A stretch of DNA of 64,000 nt from Alphaproteobacteria bacterium (GCA_965227515.1 CBDDFZ010000001.1:2976001-3040000); one strand, 5' to 3'. Counted from the stretch's first letter, positions 19,529 through 29,516 are shown. Notes: generated from the letters alone by a model not told the origin. Translations and numbers: made by a program.

Positions 19529-20302
19529 ATGATTGGCGAAAAGCCCAGCCTAAAGCAGCTTGTCGGCACGGGTAAGCCCAAATTCGGCATCTTCCTGGTC
19601 GAGTTCGCGACGCCCGGTATCGGCTACATCCTGAAGGGTGCCGGGTGCGACTTCGTGGTGGTCGACATGGAGCACTCGGGCTTCGGCATCGACACCGTGA
19701 AGGCGCTTCTCAGGTCGCTGGAAGCCGCTGGCCTGCCCGCGTTCGTCGGTCCCGCCACCCGGACGGCGGCGGAACTGGCGCCGCTGCTGGATATCGGGGC
19801 GGACGGCGTGATCTCGCCGATGGTGGGCAGCGAGGCCGAGGCGGCCGACGCCATCTCGCGCACCAAATACCCGCCCGTGGGCCGGCGCGCCGTCTCGGTG
19901 CAGGTCGGCCACGACCGCTACCAGCCCGGCCCGGTGGTCGACAAGCTGGCGGCGGCCAACGCCTCGACCGTCTATTTCTCGAAGATCGAAACCGCGGAGG
20001 GCGTGGAGGCCGTCGACCGCATCGCCGCCCTCGACGGCCTGGACGGCCTGTGGCTCGGCCACTACGACCTCAGCGTCAGCCTGGGTATCCCCGGCCAGTT
20101 CGACAACCCGGCGTTCGTTGCCGCGGTCTCCAGCATCACCGAAGCGGCCCGCACGCACGGCCGCTCGCTGGGGCGCATCGTGACCAACCCGGAGGAGGGA
20201 CGGGCGCTGATCGCCGCCGGCTTCGACTTCATCTGCTATTCGGGCGATGCCTGGCTGCTGCAGTCGGCGCTGGCCGACGGCATCGCCGCGATGCGGGGTT
20301 AG
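19529..20302 (+). CDS. HpcH/HpaI aldolase family
   Basis: DFVVVDMEHS, KYPPVGRR, IET, LWLGHYDLSVSLG. Confidence 0.9.
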   Translation: MIGEKPSLKQLVGTGKPKFGIFLVEFATPGIGYILKGAGCDFVVVDMEHSGFGIDTVKALLRSLEAAGLPAFVGPATRTAAELAPLLDIGADGVISPMVGSEAEAADAISRTKYPPVGRRAVSVQVGHDRYQPGPVVDKLAAANASTVYFSKIETAEGVEAVDRIAALDGLDGLWLGHYDLSVSLGIPGQFDNPAFVAAVSSITEAARTHGRSLGRIVTNPEEGRALIAAGFDFICYSGDAWLLQSALADGIAAMRG

Positions 20303-20398
20303 AAACGGCCCCTTCCCGGCGCGGCATTCCATCACACGGCTGTCGGTGAACCAGTCGCGCTAGACTGCGCGGCATCGCCACCTTGGCAGTCCAAAAAC

Positions 20399-22138
20399 AT
20401 GACCACGATGAGCACCGTGCCGTCCGGCACGCCGCCGGCCAAGCCGAGCTTCGCCGAGCTGTTCACGCCGAAGATCGTCACCGTCCTGCGGGAAGGCTAC
20501 ACCCTGCGCCATCTGCGCGGCGACGCCATCGCCGGGCTGACGGTGGCGATCGTCGCACTGCCGCTGTCGATGGCCATCGCGATCGCATCCGGCGCGACCC
20601 CGGCCCAGGGCCTCTACACGGCCATCATCGGCGGGTTTCTGGTCTCGCTGCTGGGCGGCAGCCGGTTCCAGATTGGCGGCCCGGCCGGCGCCTTCATCGT
20701 GCTGGTCGCCGCCACCATCCATGAGCATGGCATGGACGGCACGATCCTGGCGGTGCTGCTGTCCGGTGTCATCCTGGCCGCCATGGGGCTGCTCAGGCTG
20801 GGCACCTACATCAAGTTCATCCCCTATCCGGTGACGGTGGGGTTCACCGCCGGCATCGCCGTCATCATCCTGGCGAGCCAGGTGAGCGAGCTGCTGGGCC
20901 TCACTCTCGGCCAGCCTGAACCGGGGCCATTGGTCGAGAAGCTGCCGGTGCTGTGGGACAGCCTGGCGACCGTCGATACGCCGACGGTCGTGGTGGCGCT
21001 GGCCACCATCGCGATCATCGTCGGGCTGAAGCGATTCCTGCCGCGATGGCCCGGCATGCTGGTGGCGATTGCGGCCGGGTCGGCGGCCACCGCGATCTTC
21101 CAGCTCGACATCGCGACCATCGGGTCGCGCTATGGCGGCATCCCGACCGGGCTGCCGGTGCCGGCGCTGCCGGAGTTCAGCTTCGCGATGCTGGAGGCGG
21201 TGCTGCCCAACGCCATCGCGTTCGCGTTGCTCGGCTCCATCGAATCGCTGCTGTCGGCGGTGGTCGCCGATGGCATCACCGGCCGCCGCCACCGCTCGAA
21301 CTGCGAGCTGGTCGGGCAGGGCGTCGCCAATGTGGCCTCGGGCCTGTTCGGCGGCATCTGCGTCACCGGCACCATCGCGCGCACCGCCACCAATGTGCGC
21401 GCCGGCTCCCATGGGCCGATCTCCGGCATGCTGCATGCCGTTTACCTGCTGCTGTTCATCCTGGTGGCTGCGCCCGTGGCGCAATACGTGCCGCTGGCGG
21501 CACTGGCCGGCGTGCTGGCGGTGGTCGCCTGGAACATGGTGGAGAAGCACGCCGCGCTGGCGCTGCTGCGGGCCTCGCGCGGCGATGCGGCGGTGCTGCT
21601 GGTCACCTTCCTGCTGACCGTTTTCCGCGACCTGACCGAGGCCATTGTCGTCGGCTTCGCCCTGGGCGCGGTGCTGTTCATCCACCGGATGTCGAAGACG
21701 ACCGCGATCCAGGCCGAGCAGCCGAACGCCGTGGACGTCTCGATGCCCAATCCAATGGACGACCGGGCGGACGACAGTGGCGAGGGGCGCACCCCCTATG
21801 ACGACGCGGCCGCCGATCCCAGCGTGGTCGTCTATCGCATATCCGGCGCGTTCTTCTTCGGTGCGGCGGCGTCCGTGGGCACGGTTCTGGAGCGGATCGC
21901 CGATACCCACCGGCTATTGGTGGTCGACTTCGCCGCTGTGCCGTTCCTGGACTCCACCGCCGCCAAGACCATCGAGGGGTTGGCGCACCAGGCCGCGCGC
22001 CGCAGCGTGCGGGTAACGCTGACCGGCACCAACCACAATGTCCGCAAGGAATTGTTTGCCCACGGCATCAAGCCGCCGCTGGTGGCGTACGAACGCTCGA
22101 TCCAGGCCGCGCTCGCCGAGTGGCGGCGAAACGCCTAG
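20399..22138 (+). CDS. SulP-family anion transporter with STAS domain
   Basis: GDAIAGLTVAIVALPLSMA, GGPAG, ESLLSA, FFGAA, FLDST. Confidence 0.93.
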   Translation: MTTMSTVPSGTPPAKPSFAELFTPKIVTVLREGYTLRHLRGDAIAGLTVAIVALPLSMAIAIASGATPAQGLYTAIIGGFLVSLLGGSRFQIGGPAGAFIVLVAATIHEHGMDGTILAVLLSGVILAAMGLLRLGTYIKFIPYPVTVGFTAGIAVIILASQVSELLGLTLGQPEPGPLVEKLPVLWDSLATVDTPTVVVALATIAIIVGLKRFLPRWPGMLVAIAAGSAATAIFQLDIATIGSRYGGIPTGLPVPALPEFSFAMLEAVLPNAIAFALLGSIESLLSAVVADGITGRRHRSNCELVGQGVANVASGLFGGICVTGTIARTATNVRAGSHGPISGMLHAVYLLLFILVAAPVAQYVPLAALAGVLAVVAWNMVEKHAALALLRASRGDAAVLLVTFLLTVFRDLTEAIVVGFALGAVLFIHRMSKTTAIQAEQPNAVDVSMPNPMDDRADDSGEGRTPYDDAAADPSVVVYRISGAFFFGAAASVGTVLERIADTHRLLVVDFAAVPFLDSTAAKTIEGLAHQAARRSVRVTLTGTNHNVRKELFAHGIKPPLVAYERSIQAALAEWRRNA

Positions 22139-22156
22139 CAGCGGATGGTGGCTCTC

Positions 22157-22450
22157 CTAGGGGGACACCACCAGGTCGCGCTCGACGTCCAGCACCGCGC
22201 GAAAGATGCGATAGCCGAGCCAGACCACGAACACCAGGCCGATGGCAGCCGCGACGTCGACGACCAGGGTTGGCAGGCCCCAAAGGTCGATGGCAACCAC
22301 CGCCAGGCTGGCGTCGGCGATCAGCAACTCGGTGACGACCAGGAGCGTCAGCGACAGGGCGGCAAGAAGGACAGCCCAGGCATTGGGGGCTTTGGTATCA
22401 GGGGGCTCGGCGTCAGCCGCATTGCGGGCGCCAACGGCCTTGGGCCGCAT
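22157..22450 (-). CDS. Small two-TM membrane protein
   Basis: Two hydrophobic helices; GGAG upstream. Confidence 0.5.
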   Translation of the reverse strand: MRPKAVGARNAADAEPPDTKAPNAWAVLLAALSLTLLVVTELLIADASLAVVAIDLWGLPTLVVDVAAAIGLVFVVWLGYRIFRAVLDVERDLVVSP

Positions 22451-22664
22451 GGTTCACTCCATTGCGTGAGAGAGGTGCGGGCCCTGGCTTCTCTTGGCAT
22501 TTGTGCCGCAGTTCCATGTGCCCGAACGAGACATGATACGCCGCGCGCGCGATTCAATGGGCCGCCGCGGAATTATTTGCAGCCGCCAGGACGGCGCCGT
22601 GGATTGACGCCGGCGAGGCGCTCACCGACAATCGAAACGGGACGAGACGCGGGCGGAAACACAC

Positions 22665-24707
22665 ATGGCTGAAAGACTGATCGCCGTCGACGTCGGGGGC
22701 ACGTTCACCGACTTCGTCTGCTACGACCAGGGCACGGGCGAGGTGACGGCGTGGAAGACGCCGTCGACCCCGGCGGACCCGACCGATGGCGTGCTGAACG
22801 GGCTGCAGCAGGGGCCGGCCAATGGCAGCGGCCACACGACGCTGCGCCTCGGCACCACCATCGCCACCAACACCATCCTGGAACGCAACGGCGCCGAGGT
22901 GGCCTATCTGGCCACCGCCGGGTTCCGCGACGTGCCGTTCATCCAGCGCGGCAACCGGCGCGACCACTACGACATCACCTGGATCAAGCCCGACCCGCTG
23001 GTGCGCCACAAGGACTGCCACGACGTGGTCGAGCGGATCGACCGCGACGGCAACGTGGTCACCGACCTGGACGAGCCGGCACTGCGCGCGCTGGCGGCCG
23101 ACATCCGTGCCGACCAGCGCATCGAGGCGGTGGCGGTGTGCTTCCTGTTCTCGTTCCTGAACCCGGCCCATGAGCAGCGCGCGCGCGAGATCCTGGAAGA
23201 GGAACTGGGCGACCGGCCGGTCTCGATCTCGTTCGATGTGCTGCCGCGCTGGAAGGAATACGAGCGCGCCTCCACCACCATCGCCGATGCCTACCTGAAG
23301 CCCAAGGTCGGCGCCTATCTGAAGCGGATGGGCGAGCGGCTGGCCGGGCAGGGCGGGGCGACCTCGGTCGCGGTCATCAAGTCCAACGGCGGCGAGATGA
23401 CCCTGGAGGCGGCGGCGCAGTCGCCGATCCACATGACCGTGTCCGGCCCGTCGGGCGGAGTGATCGGGGCCAAGGTGCTGGCCGAGCGCACCGGAACGCC
23501 GAATGTCGTGACCCTGGATATGGGCGGTACATCAACGGATTGCTCGGCGATCATCGACCATCAGTTGAGCTTCACCACGTCGTTTGAGGTCGAGTGGGGT
23601 CTGCCGATCCAGGTGCCGATGATCGACATCCGCACCATCGGCGCCGGCGGCGGGTCCATCGCCTGGGTCGACAAGGGCGGCATGCTGCGGGTGGGGCCGG
23701 AGAGCGCGGGCGCCGACCCGGGCCCGGCATGCTATGGCAAGGGCACGGAAGCCACCGTGACGGACGCCAATCTGCTGCTGGGGCGCATCAACCCGGCCAA
23801 CTTCCTGGGCGGCAAGATGACCATCGACGCGGCGCGGGCGGAGGCGGCGGTCGGGCGGTTGGCCGAGCGCATCGGCTACGCGCCGGAGCGTGCGGCCCTC
23901 GCCATCACCCAGATCGCCAACACAAACATGGTCGGTGCGCTCCGCTCGGTGCTGCTCGAGCGCGGCCACGATCCGCGCCTGTTCACGCTGATGGCGTTCG
24001 GCGGCGCCGGGCCGCTCCACCTCGCCGACCTGATGATGGAGGCCGGCATCGGCCGCGGCATGGTGCCGGTGCACCCAGGCCAGTTCTCGGCCTACGGCTT
24101 CACGACCGCCGATGCGCGGGTCGACCGCCATCGCACGGTGCAGATGAACTCGGCCACCTTCGATGCCGAGGCCGCCAGAACGGTGCTGAGCGCGTTGATC
24201 GCGGACGGCAAGAAGGATCTGGTCGACCAGGGCTATGACGGCGACCTGATTGTGCAATGCGCCGCCGACATGCGCTATTTCGGCCAGAACTACGAGCTGG
24301 AAGTCTCTGTTACGCCTGAAGATTTCGACCCAGGCGCCATTGACGGCCTGTGGCAGCGTTTCCACCAGGAACACGAGCAGCGCTTCGGTTTCAACGTGCC
24401 GCGCAGCCCGATCGAGGTGGTGAATTTCGTCGCCACGGTCATCGCCACCACCGTCAAGCCGCCGATCCAGGAACTGCCACCGGCGACCGGGGCGGCGGAG
24501 CCGGTCTCCCACCGCCGGGTGGTGTTCGCCACCGGGGCGGCCGAGGCACCCATCTACGACCGCGCCCAGCTCACCGCCGGCCATACCGTCCAGGGGCCGG
24601 CGCTGGTGGAGGAGGCGGCGTCGGTGACCGTGGTCAACCACGGGCAGAGACTAGAGGTCGACCGGTTCGGCAATCTCGTCGTCACATTCGCGGAGGCATC
24701 GTCATGA
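22665..24707 (+). CDS. Hydantoinase A/oxoprolinase family subunit
   Basis: DVGGTFTD, SGPSGG, DMGGTSTD, IGAGGGSIA, SAGADPGPACYG. Confidence 0.93.
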   Translation: MAERLIAVDVGGTFTDFVCYDQGTGEVTAWKTPSTPADPTDGVLNGLQQGPANGSGHTTLRLGTTIATNTILERNGAEVAYLATAGFRDVPFIQRGNRRDHYDITWIKPDPLVRHKDCHDVVERIDRDGNVVTDLDEPALRALAADIRADQRIEAVAVCFLFSFLNPAHEQRAREILEEELGDRPVSISFDVLPRWKEYERASTTIADAYLKPKVGAYLKRMGERLAGQGGATSVAVIKSNGGEMTLEAAAQSPIHMTVSGPSGGVIGAKVLAERTGTPNVVTLDMGGTSTDCSAIIDHQLSFTTSFEVEWGLPIQVPMIDIRTIGAGGGSIAWVDKGGMLRVGPESAGADPGPACYGKGTEATVTDANLLLGRINPANFLGGKMTIDAARAEAAVGRLAERIGYAPERAALAITQIANTNMVGALRSVLLERGHDPRLFTLMAFGGAGPLHLADLMMEAGIGRGMVPVHPGQFSAYGFTTADARVDRHRTVQMNSATFDAEAARTVLSALIADGKKDLVDQGYDGDLIVQCAADMRYFGQNYELEVSVTPEDFDPGAIDGLWQRFHQEHEQRFGFNVPRSPIEVVNFVATVIATTVKPPIQELPPATGAAEPVSHRRVVFATGAAEAPIYDRAQLTAGHTVQGPALVEEAASVTVVNHGQRLEVDRFGNLVVTFAEASS

Positions 24708-26428
24708 GCACCGAGCGCGTGGAAGGGTCGGCTGCGAACAGCGGCGACCGCGACATCGTCACCATGAACATCCTCGATGCCTCGATGGTGGCGCTGTGCC
24801 GCGAGATGGGCATCACCCTGATGAAGACGGCCTATTCGACCATCTTCAACGAGGGGCTGGACTTCACCTGCGCGATCGCGGCCCCCAATGGCGACATGAT
24901 CGCCGTCGCCGACTATTGCCCGGCGCAGATCGGCGGCATGCCGCTGATCATCAAGACGGCGCTGAAGGAGTTCGATCTGGACGACATCGCGCCTGGTGAC
25001 GTGATCGTCCACAACGACCCCTATCGCGGCGGGCTGCACACGCCGGAGCACACCTTCTTCAAGCCGATCTTCGTCGACGGCGAATTGATGGGCTTCGCGG
25101 TTTCCATCGGCCATGTGTCGGAGACAGGCGGCAGCGTGCCGGGCGGCTTCGCCAGCGAGGCGACGGAGATCTTCCACGAGGGCTTGCGCGTGCCGCCGGT
25201 GAAGATCAAGCGCGCCGGCAAGGATGTGGACGACGTCTGGCGGCTGATGCTGGCCAACGTGCGCACGCCGCGCGAGAACTATGGCGACTACCGCGCGCTG
25301 ATCGCTGCCGTCGACCTGGGCGAGGCCCGGATGATGGAACTGATCGGCCGCTTCGGCCGCGACGTGTTCGTCAAGAACGTCGCCGACCTGATGGACTATT
25401 CCGAAGACCGCATGCGGGCCGAACTGGCGGCGTTCCCGGAAGGGGTGTTCCGGTTCGAGGACTGCATGGAGGACGACGGCATCACCGATCGTCCCTATTA
25501 CATTCGGGTCGCTTGCCACGTGAAGGACGGTAACGTGGTGGTGGACTTCGCCGGCTCGGACGCGCAGGCCCGGGGCGCCATCAACGCAACCCTCGGGGTG
25601 TGCTGGTCGGCGAGCTACAACGCGGTACTGCACCTGACCGACCCGACGATCCCGAAGAATTCCGGCTGTTTCAGGCCGATCCGGGTGCTGGCGCCGCCCG
25701 GCAGCGTGGTCAATGTCGACTATCCGGGCCCGGAGGTGGGCGGCAATACCGAGACCCACCCGCGCATCGCCTACACCGTGATCGGTGCGCTGGCCCAGGC
25801 GGTGCCGGATCGCGCTCCGGCGACGGATGCGGCCACCCACTGCAACTTCCTGTTCGGCGGCAACGACCCGCGCACCGGCGCCTACTACGTCTGCTACGAC
25901 TTCCTGTCGGCGGGCTGGGGCGGGCGGCCGTTCGCCGATGGCAACAACGCGGTCAACTGCATCAACGGCAATTGCCGGATGATCCCGACCGAGGTGTTCG
26001 AGAGCCGGTATCCCTGGCTGGTGGAGGAGTTCGCGCTGGTCGCCGACAGCGGCGGGCCGGGGCAGTATCGCGGCGGGCTTGGCGTCACCAAGCGCATCCA
26101 GTGCCGCGATGCGCCTATTACCGTCAGCCTGATGAGCGACCGCCATCGCATGGCGCCCTGGGGCCTGCAAGGCGGCGAGGAGGCGTCGCGCGCCAGCCTG
26201 CTGCTGCAGCGCAAGGGCGACGACGGCTGGAAGACCATGGTGGAGGCCGAGGGCCGGGTCAGCCCCTCCAAGTTCGCCGGCGTCACCATCAACCCCGGCG
26301 ACCGGATGTGGCTGACCACGGCCGGCGGCGGTGGCTGGGGCGATCCGGCGCAGCGCGATCCTGCGGCCGTGGACCGCGACCGCGACGAGGGCTGGGTGAC
26401 CGACCGGTTGGCCGAAGCGGCCGAGTAG
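24704..26428 (+). CDS. Hydantoinase B/oxoprolinase family subunit
   Basis: ATGA overlap; STIFNEGLDF, HNDPYRGGLH, DSGGPGQYRGG, GGGGWGDP. Confidence 0.93.
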   Translation: MSTERVEGSAANSGDRDIVTMNILDASMVALCREMGITLMKTAYSTIFNEGLDFTCAIAAPNGDMIAVADYCPAQIGGMPLIIKTALKEFDLDDIAPGDVIVHNDPYRGGLHTPEHTFFKPIFVDGELMGFAVSIGHVSETGGSVPGGFASEATEIFHEGLRVPPVKIKRAGKDVDDVWRLMLANVRTPRENYGDYRALIAAVDLGEARMMELIGRFGRDVFVKNVADLMDYSEDRMRAELAAFPEGVFRFEDCMEDDGITDRPYYIRVACHVKDGNVVVDFAGSDAQARGAINATLGVCWSASYNAVLHLTDPTIPKNSGCFRPIRVLAPPGSVVNVDYPGPEVGGNTETHPRIAYTVIGALAQAVPDRAPATDAATHCNFLFGGNDPRTGAYYVCYDFLSAGWGGRPFADGNNAVNCINGNCRMIPTEVFESRYPWLVEEFALVADSGGPGQYRGGLGVTKRIQCRDAPITVSLMSDRHRMAPWGLQGGEEASRASLLLQRKGDDGWKTMVEAEGRVSPSKFAGVTINPGDRMWLTTAGGGGWGDPAQRDPAAVDRDRDEGWVTDRLAEAAE

Positions 26429-26446
26429 AGGGGGCGGAAGAGGGCG

Positions 26447-26617
26447 ATGCGATTTTCCGAGGGCGGTCTCTACGTCGAGGCCTACATCAAGTGCGCCAAT
26501 TGCGGCGTGCTGATCTATGAGGCCGACGAGGGCCAGTTGACCGTGGACGGCACGCCGTTCTGCTCGCAGTGGTGCCACGACTGGCACAAGGCGCGGGACG
26601 CCGGCACCGCCGAATAG
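26447..26617 (+). CDS. 56-aa TRASH/YHS-like zinc-finger protein (not in ORF track)
   Basis: MRFSEGGLYVEAYIKCANCGVLIYEADEGQLTVDGTPFCSQWCHDWHKARDAGTAE; GAGGG RBS; GC3-rich codons. Confidence 0.8.
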   Translation: MRFSEGGLYVEAYIKCANCGVLIYEADEGQLTVDGTPFCSQWCHDWHKARDAGTAE

Positions 26618-26717
26618 CGCCGCAATTATACTTAATTCAGCCGCAGTGGCGTCGCACCGGCGCCGGCTTGTGCGCGTAGTGTCCTAGGCTCACGATTTTT
26701 CCGAGCGGGGACAATCC

Positions 26718-27140
26718 ATGTCTATCAAGGCGTTGGTCGCAGTCGCGGCCGCAATGATCATGGCCGTGCTGGCCACCCACCAGGCTTCTGCCGACCAGGT
26801 GACCGTGGCCGATGCCGGTTGCATCGCCTATGGGGCCGAGAACGCCGTCATCCAGCAAATCGGCAATGGCGACACGGTCGTCTTCTGCCATTTCGAGGAT
26901 AACCGCATGTGCACGCTGACCGCGCTGGCGACCGGCGATTGCGTGGCTCCTGGCCGTAAGGTCACCGGCTACTTCACCGAGGCGGCGATGTACTGTGCCC
27001 GCTCCGGCGGCGAGGTCGAGATGCTCGACGACGACGATGCAATGGATGCCTCGATGGTCGAGCTGGAAGGCACCTGCCAGTTGCCCAATGGCACCTCGTG
27101 CATGATCGCGCAGATGTACTACGGCCACTGCGGCGGTTGA
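26718..27140 (+). CDS. Secreted Cys-rich protein with tandem DUF333-like repeats
   Basis: Signal peptide; AAMYCARSGG..GTCQLPNGTSC and an upstream C..G..FCHF..C copy. Confidence 0.7.
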   Translation: MSIKALVAVAAAMIMAVLATHQASADQVTVADAGCIAYGAENAVIQQIGNGDTVVFCHFEDNRMCTLTALATGDCVAPGRKVTGYFTEAAMYCARSGGEVEMLDDDDAMDASMVELEGTCQLPNGTSCMIAQMYYGHCGG

Positions 27141-27144
27141 TTTC

Positions 27145-28197
27145 TCAGGCGCTGGGCGGACCCATCGCGCGCACGGTCAGGCACAGGATCTCGAACAGCA
27201 TCTGCGCGCCGACATGGGCGGTATTGGCAGTGGCGTCGTATTGCGGCGCCACCTCCACCACGTCGCCGCCGATGATGTCGAGCCCGTCTAGCCCCTGCAG
27301 CAGGAGCTGGGCCTCGCGTGCGCTCAGCCCGCCGACTTCCGGCGTGCCCGTGCCGGGGGCATAGGCGGGGTCCAGGCCGTCGACATCGAACGACACGTAG
27401 ACCGGGCCGTCGCCGACAATCGCGCGCGCCTTGGCGATGACGGCGTCGACGCCCATGCGGTGAAAGTCTTCGGCATGGATCACCGTCATGCCGGTCTCGT
27501 ACGAGAATTCCCACACGAATTCGCTGGCGCCACGGATGCCGATCTGGATGGTGCGGTCGGGATCGAGCGCGCCGTCCAACACGGCGTGGCGGAACGGCCC
27601 ACCATGGTGGAACTTTGCGCCGTCGATGGAGCCGCAGGTATCGCAATGGGCATCGATGTGCACCATGCCCACCGGGCGGTCGCGCCCCAGCGCCTTCAGG
27701 ATCGGATAGCTGATGGAGTGGTCGCCGCCGGCCGATACCGGACGGATGCCGGCCGCCGCCAGCCCCGAGACGTAGGTCTCAATGTCCTCGATCGACTGCT
27801 CCAGGCTGTAGCGGCTGCGGAACGGCACGTCGCCCAGGTCGGCCACCCGGCGCTCGCCGAACGGCAGGCATTTCAGTACGTGATGGTACGGGCCCACCCG
27901 CTCGATCGCCCGCAAGGCCCGCGGGCCGAACCGCGCGCCGGGCCGGTTGGTCACCCCCAGGTCCATCGGCACCCCGATCAGGCCGACGTCAATGTCATTC
28001 GGGAACTGCGGATCGTCGCCCAGGTCGCGCAGCGGGGCGTCGAGCAGGGTCGGGATCCCGGCATAGGGCTTGATCCGCCTGTCGTCGTCGTTGAACCTCG
28101 ACAGGGCAACGCGCCGGAACTCGGGGTTGCGGATATCGCTGACACCCCCTTCCGAGAATCGCGCCCGCCATTCGTCCAATCGCGCCTGATCAACCAT
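27145..28197 (-). CDS. speB: Agmatinase (ureohydrolase family)
   Basis: GARFGP, GGDHS, DAHCD, SFDVDGLDP, APGTGTP; substrate not certain. Confidence 0.85.
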   Translation of the reverse strand: MVDQARLDEWRARFSEGGVSDIRNPEFRRVALSRFNDDDRRIKPYAGIPTLLDAPLRDLGDDPQFPNDIDVGLIGVPMDLGVTNRPGARFGPRALRAIERVGPYHHVLKCLPFGERRVADLGDVPFRSRYSLEQSIEDIETYVSGLAAAGIRPVSAGGDHSISYPILKALGRDRPVGMVHIDAHCDTCGSIDGAKFHHGGPFRHAVLDGALDPDRTIQIGIRGASEFVWEFSYETGMTVIHAEDFHRMGVDAVIAKARAIVGDGPVYVSFDVDGLDPAYAPGTGTPEVGGLSAREAQLLLQGLDGLDIIGGDVVEVAPQYDATANTAHVGAQMLFEILCLTVRAMGPPSA

Positions 28198-28308
28198 TGC
28201 GTCCCGCCTCGTCGCTTGCCTGAGCGTAACGACCATATCCGGTTCCGCAGGTGTCCGGGAGGGGAGACGACGTCGGCTGGCGTGGCGACACAACCGTTGC
28301 GATCCAGA

Positions 28309-28587
28309 TTAGCAGGCTGCTGAGGAACTCCGAAGAGGCTGCGAAGCATGAATATTTCGTCGAGGACAAGGAGCGGACGGCGACGTGGTGGTGGACTACC
28401 ACGAGCCGTTTGCGACGCGGTCAGTCGCGAAATATTCAGCTTCCCGAACGGGTTACGGTCTGATTGCGGTTCTGGTTCGTTGTGCCGGCTCACCGATGCA
28501 TCCAGCATCGCTTTCGCCGCCACGCCTGCCATTCCCGCAAACAGGCCCGTAACGCTGTCCTTCCGGAGTTTCTCAACAGCCTGCTAG
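28309..28587. mobile_element. MITE-like non-autonomous element (~270 bp)
   Basis: TIRs TAGCAGGCTGCTGAGGAACTCCG / CGGAGTTTCTCAACAGCCTGCTA; flanks TTAG and CTAG; no transposase; internal hairpin 28343-28443. Confidence 0.7.
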
Positions 28588-28723
28588 CTTCAACAATCGC
28601 GTGATTGTCGAAACCGATCTGAAAGAGTTTTGTGAGAACGTTTGCATATTCGGTTTGTTGTTCGCGTCGACAACTTCAAGACCGATGGCGGTAGATGCCA
28701 TCGTATCCCGCTAACACGAAGGC

Positions 28724-29305
28724 GTGGACGACGCGGTAACGGAGTGGCCAGGATATATCCCGATGCCTGTTCGGCGACGCATGTTGGAGAAGATCGAAGT
28801 GCCGGTGACGGCCGCCCCGACCGGCGCCGAAGGCCGTGCATTCGAGTGGTTGGAATTCCACCGCGACTTGCGCAGCGCCGCCGCGGCGGCCGCCGACATC
28901 AACGCGGTGGTCTCGGTGATCCTGATCCGCGTCGGCAATTTCCGCACCCTTGTCGATCAGCATGGCGATGAGGTCGCGGAGAAGCTGATGGACGGTGTTC
29001 GCGACGCCGCGGCCCACATGCTCGCGCCGTACGGGAAGATCTACCGCAGCGGCAAGGCCGAATTCGGCGCCATCTTGCCGGGGCGCAACCTGATGCAAGC
29101 CTACGGATTGTGCGACGCGCTCTCTGAAATGCTGGGAGAGAACCGCTTCGAGGACCCGGCGCTGGGAGACGCCTCCGGCGCCATCAAGGTCGCGACCTGT
29201 GCCGGGACGTGCGATCCCGACCAGTCGATGCTGCATTTCCTGAACGATCTGTCGGACGGGTTGCGCATGCAGGTCGACGGCGACCGTTTGCCGACGCTGT
29301 TCTAG
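28724..29305 (+). CDS. Degenerate GGDEF-domain protein
   Basis: NFRTLVDQHGDEVAEKL and IYRSGKAEFGAILP (GGDEF replaced by GKAEF); start may be 28763. Confidence 0.7.
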   Translation: MDDAVTEWPGYIPMPVRRRMLEKIEVPVTAAPTGAEGRAFEWLEFHRDLRSAAAAAADINAVVSVILIRVGNFRTLVDQHGDEVAEKLMDGVRDAAAHMLAPYGKIYRSGKAEFGAILPGRNLMQAYGLCDALSEMLGENRFEDPALGDASGAIKVATCAGTCDPDQSMLHFLNDLSDGLRMQVDGDRLPTLF

Positions 29306-29430
29306 CGCATGATCATTTAAGTCGGCACCGGCCCTCTCCCCCACCCGGCCGCCCAACGACAGTATCCTGCTGGGTGGCCGGGTGGGGGAGAGGGCTGGCG
29401 CAGATTCAGCGCAAGCTGATCCCGATCTAG
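29302..29430. repeat. CTAG-flanked palindromic miniature element
   Basis: CTAG..GCCCTCTCCCCCACCCGGCCGCCC..GGGTGGCCGGGTGGGGGAGAGGGC..GATCCCGATCTAG. Confidence 0.75.
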
Positions 29431-29516
29431 GGTATTTCAGCATTTAGGTTTTGGTCGCCTGGGCAGGGCAGCTTTGCCGGGCCACGCGTAGTCGGTCGGG
29501 GTCGGGCGGGCCTGTT

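Noticed and set aside
24350-24703. N-terminal extensions in the ORF track (also 48534, 50423, 52200, 39597, 46652, 54327)
   Set aside because: They overlap upstream genes, repeats or non-coding spacers; downstream starts fit family N-termini and RBS or coupling better
28254-28587. 6S RNA or guanidine riboswitch upstream of agmatinase
   Set aside because: Wrong context for 6S and no riboswitch motif recognised; terminal inverted repeats explain the pairing better
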